Notes under the pieces: model-generated
Told to the model about the DNA's origin: nothing
Seen by the model: only the letters and a program-made list of their open reading frames with translations
Databases searched by the model: none
Made by a program: the position numbers and the translations under genes
Shown: piece by piece, positions 1-10,992 of the stretch
How the letters are laid out: each line of letters begins with the position of its first letter
How positions within the stretch are numbered: position 1 is the stretch's first letter
Source: Heterodontus francisci
Lineage: Eukaryota
DNA: 64,000 bases
Assembly (NCBI RefSeq): GCF_036365525.1
Contig: NC_090390.1
Location: forward strand, 33,849,112 to 33,913,111
Direction: 5' to 3'

Positions 1-640
1 GAAGTGGTGGCAAACTCCATTACCACTTGTGAATCCAGCCGTGATGCAGTGTCTGATGGCTGATGTCTCAGCTTCCATTGCAGCTCAAGCAGAAACCATA
101 TAATGTCTGACTGGATGCTGCAGTGGATGCTCAGACTGAAGTCATGCAAGTTCAACTTGCTGCACAAATGCTCAGATTGCTGCCATCATGACTATGGATA
201 CCTGTGTTCAAAAGGGATTTCAGGCTCTCACAGCATTTCAGCATTCTGTGCTCCAGCAGATTACTAGGATTGCTGAGGTGTCACCCTGGGGGAGTGGCAG
301 TGGCTCCACGGAGCATGAAGCTGCTGTCCTCTCTCAGGAAGGCAACATTCATACTCTCAGCACTGCCACTCCACTCGTGCCCTTGCTGTTGTCTGTCAGT
401 GTGCCCAGACTGCTGTCACCCATGCTGAGCTGGTGCAGTCTGAAGCCGGGCCTTCTAGACCCAGAGATGCTCGAAGGTCTCTTCCAAGGCCATCTTCAGC
501 CTCCCCCATTAAAAGTCAGCAGTTTTCTGCCAGCCATGCTGCAGCCACTATGGTCACACTGCAGAGGAGCACTAGGACAGACAAAGGTACATGGAAGACA
601 GGCACTAGGGGAATGCACACAGGTAATGAGATGACTTTGG
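1..640 (+). pseudogene. 3' part of a Harbinger accessory (Myb/SANT-type) gene, decayed
   Basis: Coiled-coil-like then S/P-rich sequence ending in a basic tail (TLQRSTRTDKGTWKTGTRG). It is convergent with a Harbinger transposase remnant and has the same architecture as 32185-33636. The Myb domain itself lies outside the window. Confidence 0.5.
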
Positions 641-759
641 ATGGAATATTGGATGGTTTATTGATAATGTTGGTTTGGAATGTTTGTTTTGTGGTGGCTT
701 TTATTGCAGTATTGTGACCAAGAGGACATTGTGATGGTCAGTAACAGGGAAGGTAAGGT

Positions 760-1790
760 TTGGGACTGTTGGTGAATGGGGAATTGGGACTGTGTTCACT
801 GGTACTGCAGTCTGATCAGCCAATCACTGACAGTTTGGCGGGAAAGGGGCTGTGTTGCTTGCCTCCTTCCTTCCTCTTCCTCCTCAGCTGCTTGCCGTAT
901 AGCTGTATAAGATTTTGGTTCAGCCACATTTGGAATACTGCGTGCAGTTCTGGTCGCCACATTACCAAAAGGATGTAGATGCTTTGGAGAGGGTGCAGAG
1001 GAGGTTCACCGGGATGTTGCCTGGTATGGAGGGTGCTAGCTATGAAGAGAGGTTGAATAGATTAGGATTATTTTCATTCGAAAGACGGAGGTTGAGGGGG
1101 ACCTGATTGAAGTGTACAAAATCATGAGAGGTATAGACAGGGTGGATAGTAAGAAGCTTTTTCCCAGAGTGGGGGATTCAATTACTAGGGGTCACGAGTT
1201 CAAAGTGAGAGGGGAAAAGTTTAGGGGGGATATGCGTGGAAAGTTCTTTACGCAGAGGGTGGTGGGTGCCTGGAACGCGTTGCCAGCGGAGGTGGTAGAC
1301 GCGGGCACGATAGCGTCTTTTAAGATGTATCTAGACAGATACATGAATGGGCAGGAAGCAAAGAGATACAGACCCTTAGAAAAAAATAGGCGACAAGTTT
1401 AGATAGAGGATCTGGATCGGCGCAGGCTTGGAGGGCCGAAGGGCCTGTTCCTGTGCTGTAATTTTCTTTGTTCTTTGTTCGTTGGTGGCAAGGGCTGTGC
1501 CCTCATGATGGTGAGGGTGTGTAGAATACAGCAGACCACAATGAATCATGACACCCACTTTGGAAAGTACTGCTGGGTTTGTGCAGAGTGGTCCAGGCAG
1601 CAGAAAGATTGCTTAAGGAACCCCGTGGTCGGCTCCATGACATTTAAAGTGGCAGCATGAATCTCATTGTACACATGCTGCCCACGTTTGTGTGGGTTGT
1701 GCACCGGAGTCCTGAGCCAGGTGGTCTGCAGTTAGCCCTTGTCGCCCAGTAGCCATCCTCTGATCTCTCCTAGTGGCTCACATGTGATGA
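760..1790 (-). pseudogene. Harbinger (HARBI1-like DDE) transposase C-terminal remnant, split by a CR1 at ~901-1480
   Basis: Minus-strand translation 1480-1790 gives GWLLGDKG*..WLRTPVHNP..YNEIHAAT..GFLKQSFCCLD..IVVCCILH, matching HARBI1 GDxGY/WLMTP/FRCL/CCxLHN motifs. An acidic tail lies at ~860-890. Confidence 0.85.
901..1480 (+). mobile_element. CR1 LINE 3' fragment
   Basis: [41 protein letters not shown]. The 3' UTR has GGGCCGAAGGGCCTGTT and a (TTCTTTG)n tail. Confidence 0.95.
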
Positions 1791-3124
1791 CTATGACAGA
1801 TTGGGAAACGTTACTTAAAGGGATGGCAGTGGATAGGCAATGGCAAACATTCAAAGAGCACATGGATGAACTGCAACAATTGTTTATTCCAGTCTGGCGC
1901 AAAAGTAAAACAGGAAAGGTAGCCAAACCATGGCTTACAAGGGAAATTAGAGATAACTAGATCCAAGGAAGAGGCATATAAATTTGCCAGAAAAAAACAA
2001 GACCTGAGGATTGGGAGCAGTTTAGAACTCAGCAAAGGAGGATCAAGGGATTGATTAAGAAGGAAAAATAGAGTACAAGAGTAAGCTTGCAGGGTACATA
2101 AAAACTGACTGTAAAAGTTTCTATAGGTATGTGAAGAGAAAAAGATTGGTGAAGACAAATGTAGGTCCCTTACTGTCAGAAACAGGGGAATTTATTATGG
2201 GGAACAAAGAAATGGCTGACCAACTAAATGCAGACTTTGGTTCTGTCTTCACAAAGGAGGACACAAATAACATAGCAGAAATGTTGGGGAACACAGGGTT
2301 TAGTGAGAGGGAGGAACTGAAGGAAATCAGTATTAGTAGAGAAATGGTGTTGGTGATATTGATGGGATTGAAGGCCGATAAATCCCCAGGGCCTGATAAT
2401 CTACATCCCAGAGTACTTAAGGAAGTGGCCCTAGAAATAATGGATGCATTGGTGGTCATCTTTCAAGATTCTATAGACTCTGGAACAGTTCCAACAGATT
2501 GGAGGGTAGCTAATGTAACCCCACTATTTAAAAAGGGAGGTAGAGAGAAAACAGGGAATTATAGACCAGTCAGCCTGACGTCGGTAGTGGGGAAAATTCT
2601 AGAGTCCATTATCAAAGATGTAATAGCAGAACACTTAGAGAACAGTGGTAGAATCGGGAGAGTCAGCATGGATTTACGAAAGGGAAATCATGCTTGGCAA
2701 ACCTACTAGAATTCTTCGAGGATGTAACTGGTAGAGTTGATGAGGGGGAGCCAGTGGATGTGGTTTATTTGGACTTTCAGAAGGCTTTCGACAAAGTCCC
2801 ACATAAGAGGTTAGCGTGTAAAATTAAAGCGCATGGGATTGGGGGTAGTGTATTGCGATGGATAGAAAATTGGTTGGCGGACAGGAAACAAAGAGTAGGA
2901 ATAAACGGGTCTTTTTCCAAATGGCAGGCAGTGACTAGTGGGGTACCTCAGGAATCGGTGCTAGGACCCCAGCTATTCACAATATATATCAGTGATTTAG
3001 ATGAGGGAACTAAATGTAATATCTCCAAATTTGCAGATGACACAAAACTGGGAGGGAGGGTGAGTTGTGAGGAGGATGCAGAGAGTCATCAGGGTGATTT
3101 GGACAAGTTGAGTGAGTGGGCAAA
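1791..3124 (+). mobile_element. CR1 LINE internal RT fragment (frameshifted, 3'-truncated)
   Basis: KSPGPD, NYRPVSLTS, VYLDFQKAFDKVPH, SGVPQ.SVLGP and FADDTKL motifs in ORFs 2131-2709 and 2694-3124. Confidence 0.95.
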
Positions 3125-3159
3125 GTGGGGGAAGGCCGATTTTAAGATGATAAAACCCT

Positions 3160-3482
3160 TGCCCGCAGCCTCACAGCTCCAGCGACCCGGGTTCAATTCT
3201 GGATACTGCCTGTGTGGAGTTTGCAAGTTCCCCCTGTGTCTGCATGGGTTTTCACGGGTGCTCCGGTTTCCTCCCACAGCCAAAGACTTGCAGGTTGATA
3301 GGTAAATTGGCCATTATAAATTGCCCCCAGTATAGGTAGGTGATAGGGGAATATAGGGGCAGGTAGGGATATGGGATTAGTGTAGGATTAGTATAAATGG
3401 GTGGCTGATGGTCGGCACAGACTCGGTGGGCCAAAGGGCCTGTTTCAGTGCTGTATCTCTAAATTTAAAATTTAAAAAATTT
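3160..3482 (+). mobile_element. HE1/V-SINE, 5'-truncated
   Basis: tRNA B-box GGTTCAATTC, V-domain TGTGTGGAGTTTGC...GGTTTCCTCCCAC, CR1-derived tail GGGCCAAAGGGCCTGTTTCAGTGCTGTATCTCT. Confidence 0.9.
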
Positions 3483-4734
3483 AAAACAGTTAGCTTCATT
3501 AGGTGTATCCCTAGTGGCAAACAAAAGAAATTTTAGCCCTTTATCTCAATCATGGGGATATTCATGACAGTATGCCCTGATCATTGTTTTGAGGGTCTGA
3601 TGGTACCTTTGTAAAGCTCCCTATATCTGTGGGTGGCATGCTGAAGACTTTAACTGTGTTATCCCCAAATTACCCATAACTTCCTGAAAAATTTTAGACA
3701 TAAAATTGAAACCTTGATCCGACTGAATCTCAATTGGTAATCCATATCTAGTGAAGAACTGGGTTAACTTTTCAACCACTACCTTAGCAGAAATTGTTCT
3801 CAAGGGAATGACCTCTGGGAGCCGAGTAGTCAAATCCATGATAGCGAGTATATATTGATGTCCCGTTTTTGTTTTCGTTAAAGGTCCCACTCAGTTGACC
3901 AACACCCTACTAAATGGCTCCCCAAAAACTGGTATGGGAATTAGAGGCTCCAGTTTTATGGCAGGTTGTGGTTTTCCCAAAATCTGGCACTTATGGAATG
4001 TTTTACAAAACTGCACCACATCCTTGGAAAGACCTGGCCAATAAAAATGTTGACTAATAAATGATTGGGTGTTCCAGATCCCCACATGTCCCGCTATAGG
4101 AATTTCATGAGCTATCCTTAATAGTTCCTGGCGATACTTTGGCGGTACCATTACCTGATGAACTACTGTCCATTCTCCATTTGCAGGTCTGTGAGGAGGT
4201 CTACACTTCCTCATCAGAATCCCATCTTTAATATGATAGCCTTCTAGAACTCCTTTTGCCTCAGTTTCTGTTAGAGCTGATTGTGCCACTTTATTTAACT
4301 CTGGATCGGCTTGCTGAGCCGTGATCAGAGAAGACTTCTTGAACATTTCCTACTGATTATCCAAATCCCCCAAAAAAGTTTCAGATATTTGGCTATCTGT
4401 CTATGGTGCCAATTTTACCTCCGACAATGGAACTTGTTTAGCCTTTGCTCAGGTTACTAGACATGAGGGGAAAATTCCTGGAACCTTTTCCTGGAACTGT
4501 TCCGTCTCTTTAACTTGACTTGGTTTTTCCGTGACTACTGGAGAAGCTACTACCTTTGTTCCAGCCAAATCACTCCCCAGGAATAGTCAACTCGGTCTAC
4601 TGGCAAACTATGGACAACTCCTACAGTTACCATTCCAGACATTAGGTCACACTCTAGGTGCACCCGATACTAAAGTACTGGTATAGACTCCCTGCCATTA
4701 CCATTCACTAAAACCTTGGCATTCAGTGCACTTA

Positions 4735-5032
4735 ATTTTTCTGTCAATTAACACCCTCTCTGCACTAACGCTTTGTCTTTCACAACACTATTAACATACT
4801 GTTTGCCTTTGCTTCATGACCTTCTGGTCAGTTATTCTCTGTGACCTTGTCCTATCAACATCTTCTCTTTGTTTTATCTTGCCCCACCCCCCACTTTATT
4901 TGAGAAAAAACCTATTTCATTTCTAACATTTGCCAGTTCTGATGAAGGGTCACTGACCTGAAACGTTAACTCTGCTTCTCTCTCCACAGATGCTGCCAGA
5001 CCTGCTGAGTATTTTCAGCATTTCTTGTTTTT
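4735..5032 (+). mobile_element. Penelope-like element terminal (pLTR) fragment inserted in the Gypsy protease region
   Basis: CTGATGAAGGGTCACTGACCTGAAACGTTAACTCTGCTTCTCTCTCCACAGATGCTGCCAGACCTGCTGAGTA. The same family recurs at 21.2k, 21.5-22.2k, 28.3k, 47-48k (with a GIY-YIG remnant) and 49-51k. Confidence 0.75.
4934..4971 (+). ncRNA. Minimal type-I hammerhead ribozyme motif (PLE-associated)
   Basis: CUGAUGA at 4939-4945, stem II GGUC/GACC, GAAAC at 4960-4964, GUU triplet at 4965-4967, helix I AGUU(4935-38)/AACU(4968-71). A palindromic AACGUU stands in place of helix III. Confidence 0.7.
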
Positions 5033-6595
5033 ATAACTATAGGTTTACCTGCCTCACTTGTGGGATAAGGAGTTACTTTTCCTTTTGACAAGAATTCCCT
5101 ATAACTCTCAGGTGTCTTATTCACAACCCCTGCACTCACATTGGTTTTTGTATTTGGCCTTACAGCTACAGTCAGAGCTACAGCCTGATCTTTCATACTC
5201 CCAGTGAGGGCCCCTTTTTCTGCATTGGCCTTGTGCACCCCAGTAAGTCCCCCATGGGTTTACCCTGCAACTTCCAGCATTCTGCAAGTAGGTGTCCCAC
5301 CTTGAGACAATGGTAACACTTAGGCTTTCGGACCTCACCTCCACCCTCAGCACCTTCCTTTCTGGCCTGAGGAGGAGATCCTGGGGTGTTCCCAGCTGTC
5401 CCTTCTTGTCCCGGGCTACTTACCTTCCTCTCACCTTCCCACCTTCTACCCTTCTCAGGTTTGTGGGGGGACAGACAAGAGGTTTGGGCTTATACACAAG
5501 CTCATAATCATCAGCAATTTCCGCTACTTGTCTGGCCATTGAAACCTTTCGGTTCTCTACTTGAGGTCTTACTAATGGTGGGACTGAAATTTTAAATTCT
5601 TTCAGGAGAATTAATTCCCTAAGGTTCTCCTACATGGCCTCCATCTTTAGTGCCCATATTCAATGATAAAAATTAATTTGCTTTACCCTCTCAAATTCCA
5701 TATAAGTCTGCCCAGACAATCTCTGGAGGTTCTGAAATTTCTATCGGTAACCTTCAGGTATTAACTCATACTCAGCAAGAATAGCCTTTTTTGCCATCTC
5801 ATAATCTGCAGAACAATCCTCAGAAAGCATGGCATAAACGTGATGCGCTCTGCCCATCAACCTGCTTTGCAAAAGCAGTGCCCTGTTTTTCTTTGGCCAC
5901 TTCATCTATCAACCTATCTTTTCAAAAGAAGTGAAAAATACCTCTACGTCCCTTTCCTCAAACTAAGGGAGGGCTTGCACAAATTTAAACAGCTCTCCAC
6001 TGGGTCCTGGGCTGGAGTCAAATCTTTTCTCACCAGAATTTTTTGAAATCAAGGTCACCCTATTGTCTTACTTCCAGCTTTTAAACTTAGAATTCCCTTC
6101 CTTCTCTTTCTCTTTGAAATTCTAGTTCAAGTTTTTTCATTACCAATTCATTTTCAAGCTGAAGTTTTTTTCAATTCTTTTCCCTGCTCATGTTTTCTCA
6201 TTTCTATTTCTTTTACTTTTTCTTTGTCAAGCTTAAGTTGTTCCATTTCCCATTCCCGCTCCAGCTGCTTCATCTGTAACTGAATTTTAGCTAATTTAAC
6301 TCCACTACCCTCTGGTTTGCTTTCATCTTCTTCCAATTGCAAATATTGAGCTATTACTTCAATTATGTCTGCTTTCTTAGCTCCTGGTTTTAATTCTAAT
6401 GCAAACAGGTCTGCCAAATCCTTTAGGTTAACCTTGGTTAAGTATCTCAAATCACTCAGGGATACATCCTCCTTCCCCCAAAAACTACACCGCAGCAACT
6501 GTTAAAGACATTCCAGCGGTGTAGACTTTACTCTATTACACAAGAAACCTGGTTCTTTTTATTTTTCCTCTTTTCAATTGTTATTACCCCACTTA

Positions 6596-6915
6596 GTGGG
6601 CGGCACAGTGGCGCAGTGGTTAGCATCACAGCTCCAGCGACCCGGGTTCGGTTCTGGGTACTACCTGTGCGGAGTTTGCAAGTTCTCTCTGTGATCGTGT
6701 GACTGGGTGCTCTGGTTTCCTCCCACATGTTAAAGACTTGCAGGTTGATAGGTAAATTGGCCATTGTAAAAATTGCCCCTGGTGTACCTAGGTGGTAGGA
6801 GAATTGAGAGATGGTGGGGATGTGAGAGGAAAAAGTGGGATTAGTATAAATAGTTGATGGTCAACACAGACTCGGTAGGCCGCAGGGCCTGTTTCGGTGC
6901 TGTATCTCTCTATGA
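6596..6915 (+). mobile_element. HE1/V-SINE, full length
   Basis: GGGCGGCACAGTGGCGCAGTGGTTAGCA A-box head, V-domain, CR1 tail. TSD CACTTA at 6590-6595 and 6916-6921. Confidence 0.92.
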
Positions 6916-6973
6916 CACTTACAACTGCACATTATCAGTGTTGGGTTTATCCCCCAAACAGCCCCAAATCATA

Positions 6974-7420
6974 TGTTATGATCAAGGCAGGAGGAGTGCA
7001 CTGTTTATTCTAGTCCCACTTCTCCACATGTCACAACATATATTTAAACTTTCCTACTGACTGATATGGTCAATCATAGACTCTATTTTTCCCAGAATAA
7101 AATACACCAATCAGGTTTCTTAAATAAACAACAAAATTATCAGTTTATTATAAAACAAGTCTTATCCAGTAATGAAGCAAAGCATAAACACACAGACTGA
7201 GGTATAATAGTTCACTTTTTACCTTAGTCAAACACACACACACACACACACATACATCGGTTAACTGGAAAAATAAAAGGGATTTCGGTTTTCGAGCTCT
7301 GTTACAAAAAAAAATAGAAAAACACTTGGGCTGAATACTTGCTCATTCTTGAAAAAAAAAGAGAAGATATGGAAAGATTTCCTTTGTTTTGGTGTGACGT
7401 CCCAAATGCGTATAGGTGGG
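6974..7420 (-). mobile_element. Partial 5' LTR of the Gmr1-like Gypsy
   Basis: Starts TGTTATGA next to the PBS-like site and resembles the solo LTR at 22441-23382 (AGTCCCACT.CTCCACA). It contains (CA)n and is cut off at the junction with the next Gypsy. Confidence 0.7.
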
Positions 7421-9367
7421 GTCCTCATGACAGAGAGCTTTGGACACAATCACTTGTTTTCCTTTGAAGGTGACGCCTCTTGAAATACCGAGTTCATCTC
7501 TATAAAGCCAGAAGCATCTGAGGGTTTCTGGCACCTCTGTTATCATTATCAGGCCATCATTCTATGATGACTCTCCACAGTGTCTTCGGTTGTAGGTCAT
7601 TGGGTGTTTCTGATTGCAGTTGGTCACATTTGTGCTGACCAAAATGCAGTAAATCAATTTTGAGCACATCTTCCACCTCCATGTCCATGCTGTCTACTTG
7701 CAGATCCAGTGGAACGTCTCCATTCTTGTTCGGATTTGGCAATCTGCTCAGCGAATCAGAGGTGGCCATTTTGGTACTAGTTTGTAACAGACATCGAAGT
7801 AGTACCCCTGTACTTTCATTAAAAGTTGCTGCAGTTGAGGTGGTGTGCTTGTCAATGGTTTGCGCCAGATCATGTCCAGTGGTTTGTGGTCAGTTTCCAC
7901 AGTGAACTGCTTACTGAACAGGTAGGAGTGGAACCTTGTGATCTCAAACACCAGAGCAAGTGTTTCACACTCTATGTTTGAGCAATTGAATTGTGCTGAG
8001 GATAAACATTTGGTTCCGAATGCAATTGGTTTGCCATCCTGTAGAATGTACGCTCCGAGTCCTTTATGTGAGACATTGACTTCCAGGATTGTCTCCTTCC
8101 TTGGATCACAGTACTGCAGGGTACAGGTTTCTGCTGACAATGCTTGTTTTAGAGACTCAAACATATGCTGATGGTCCTCCTGCCGTACATATGGTACATC
8201 TTTCTTTAAGAGCTCTCTCAGTGATGATGCTTTGTCAGAAAAATGTGGAATGTATGGTGCCACAAGTTGAAAAATCCAAGTCATCTCTGGATGGGGTAGG
8301 CATATGTCTTACATCTTCAACTTTGCCTGGGTCTGGATGGATTCCACAACCTGAATAGATGAAGCCAAAGAAATTGATCTAACTTACATTCACCTGGCAC
8401 TTCTTGCTGTTAAAAACTTGCCATTTGCAATGAGCTCCTGCCATCAGTGAATGAAGATTGCGATCATGCTCTCTGGTTTTGCCCATTACCGCAATATCAT
8501 TGGCAATGCATATACATTCAGGCATGTTTTCTATAATTCTGTCCATATGCTGCTGAAACAGATCTTGACTGACAGATAAGCCGAAGGGTAGTCTCTGGAA
8601 GCAATATCTTCCAAATGGTTTCCTGAAGGTGGTGACTTTCTGAGATTCCTTAGCTAGGTGTACCGACCAATATCCATGTTTAGCATCCAACTTGGAGAAA
8701 AATTTGGCTCCTGTGAACTTGGGATTCAATTCCTCGAATGTTGGAATCTTGTGGGGGTATATATTTAGGGAGAGGTTTAGATGCCTCGGATCTATACATA
8801 CCCTGATTGCTCCATCCTTCTTTAGTACGCACGTAAGTGAGCTGCACCAGTTTGTGTGATGATGCATGTGATGGATGATGCCATTGCGTTCCATGTCATC
8901 CAACTCGTGTACTTTCTGGGAGGGTTGATTAACAGAATTGCATCCTCTCTGAGATGCAGTACAGCATTGCCTTGAAATCTCCTATGGCGTTGAATTGTCC
9001 AGGTATATTTGTTGTAAATCCTGGACTGATTCAATGCAGATAGCCTTGGTCTCTTCTGCTGTAATGAGTACCTTGGTGATCATGTGGATAGTCACAATGT
9101 TGTGGTCCTTACACGCTGGTAGTCCTGCCACTGCTGGTCCGCTCGTGTCTACCAGGTAAAATATTTGTGGTTTCCATGCCGACTTGCTATAACTGCATTG
9201 CATTGTTAGTGTGCCACTTCAAGGGATGGGTGACCCATTGTATGCAGTTAACTTTGCAGTTGTCGGTTGTATCATTAATTTCCAACAACCCTGGTACATA
9301 TCCTTCAGGATTCAGACTGGTAGGACATTTGCACTAGCTCCTGTGTCAATCTTAGTCCTGAATGTGT

Positions 9368-10176
9368 GGGCTGGATTTTAAGAGCCCGCCGCCGATCTCG
9401 GCAGTGAGCTCAGAAAATGGCAGCCCACCCGCGCGGACTGCACACCAAAGAGCTGCCGTGATCTTAAGCGTGGCGACTCATTTCAATAGCCAGGGTGGCC
9501 CACCCCCACCAATCTCGTGGAGGGGGAGGGGGGTGCTGTCCGTCCCCGGCCATGGTATCAGCTGCCTGTGCACAGGTGCTGGCACCATTTTTAAAGAATA
9601 GCCAACCTAATTTAAAATTTTAAAGACAGACCCCCAGAATTAAATAAATATTTTTAAATTCCCCTTTACCACACCTCAATTACAATTACATTAACTATTT
9701 GCCCTTTCCCCCAAAACACTTAACTTTAACATCTGACCTTTACGCCCCAAAACTGCACAAAGTTTACAGTTCAACCCTTCCCAACATTCCCTAAACACAT
9801 TACGTTTACTTGACCCCATCCCCAACCCTGCACTGAAAACCTTACCTCCTCACCCCTCCCCATCAGTGTGGCGCCACCTTTTCCTGGATGGGGATTTGAA
9901 GGCGTGGGAGTGCCAGCCACCATGCAGAAGATTGCGACGGGCCCTCAAGATTGCAGGTAAGTGTATGTTAATTCATTCATTAATGATTTGAATATTTTAA
10001 TTACGGTCCTGTCACCCAGCAGCAGGGGGCTACCACGGAGCCTTGCCGCCGCCGGAGGATTGGGCCGGGACTTCACAACGTCGAGGTCAGTGGCGGGCCT
10101 CATCCGGAGCCAGCTTCTGGCTCCCTCGCCCCCCAGCCATGGAACCCAATGCCTGGGGGAGAACAAGATCCAGCCC
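9368..10176. mobile_element. Non-autonomous Harbinger-type MITE
   Basis: TIRs GGGCTGGATTTT/AAGATCCAGCCC and a 3-bp TSD TGT (9365-67, 10177-79). It interrupts the Gypsy pol region. Confidence 0.85.
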
Positions 10177-10254
10177 TGTGTTTGCCAACTTTTTTTGGGC
10201 ACATGATATTAATAGAAGCAAAAGCTTCCAGTGGTTTGACTTCATCAACACAAT

Positions 10255-10992
10255 GGGCCGTATTTTACATTGGCGGACGTGAGCTGGCCACCGATGAAAA
10301 TGTCGATGGCGAACCCGCTTCCGCCCGGCCCGGGGATCCTTCCCGCATTTTATGGGTCCCCAGGCTTCAATTGTTCTGAGGTGGAACTTCCAGCCACTTG
10401 AAGGAGGAAGTCCCGCCTGATTGAGCTGCCAGCCAATCATTGGTCCAGCAGCTCTTAGTCCCAGCAGCACCACTGGAAGCGGTGGCCATTGCTGGGACTG
10501 CAGCCCAGATGAGGACATGGAGCCAGGACTACAGGTAAATTAGGGCTCCTTCGCCGGGGTGATCAGTTGCACCCCGGCGAGGCAAGGGTGGTCGTGTGGG
10601 GGGCAGGGGGGGTGTCTCGGGTCCTGGGGTGGTTGGGGAAGCGGGCCTGTCCCTCAATCAGGCACCCTGTGCCAGTTTGTCAGAGTCCACCCCCAAGGCA
10701 CTGAGAGGCCACCAGTTTTCACGGGTGGCCTTTCAATTCTCCCGGATGCCTGCTTGCCACGGGTAAAATCCCTGTGGAGGCGGGTGAAGGCCCTTAAGTG
10801 GCCATTAAGTGGCCACTTAAGGGCCTTGATTGGCCTGGGGCGGGCAGCCCGTTTCTTGCACCCCCCCCCGGCCCACGTAAATTGGGTCAGAGGCGGGAGC
10901 AAGTCTGGAAGACCTCCCGGAGCCTCCCGCTCAATTTTACCCCACTCCCTCACCACCATTCCGGCTCTCTGGGAGGGTATAACATTCTGGCC
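10255..10992. mobile_element. Non-autonomous Harbinger-type MITE
   Basis: TIRs GGGCCGTATTTTAC/AACATTCTGGCC, TSD AAT (10252-54, 10993-95), internal palindrome GGCCCTTAAGTGGCC..GGCCACTTAAGGGCC. Confidence 0.8.

Larger units (their letters stand above)
3125..6973 (-). mobile_element. Gmr1-like Gypsy LTR retrotransposon internal region (gag with SCAN-like domain and CCHC, protease, integrase), decayed; RT lost
   Basis: Gag N-terminus at 6154-6498. SCAN-like YAML..DYE.AK.AIL..YEL.PE.YR at ~5550-5850. CYHCLKVGHLLAEC knuckle at ~5275-5320. Integrase (AHEIPIAGHVG, FYWPG, GPL.KTK.GHQYIL, IQSDQG) at 3500-4350 follows the protease with no RT in between. PBS-like TGGGGCT next to the LTR. Confidence 0.85.

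Noticed and set aside
6596-6670. tRNA gene
   Set aside because: These are the A/B-box heads of SINEs (also 17180-17251 and 52540), followed by V- or Deu-domains, with no complete cloverleaf.
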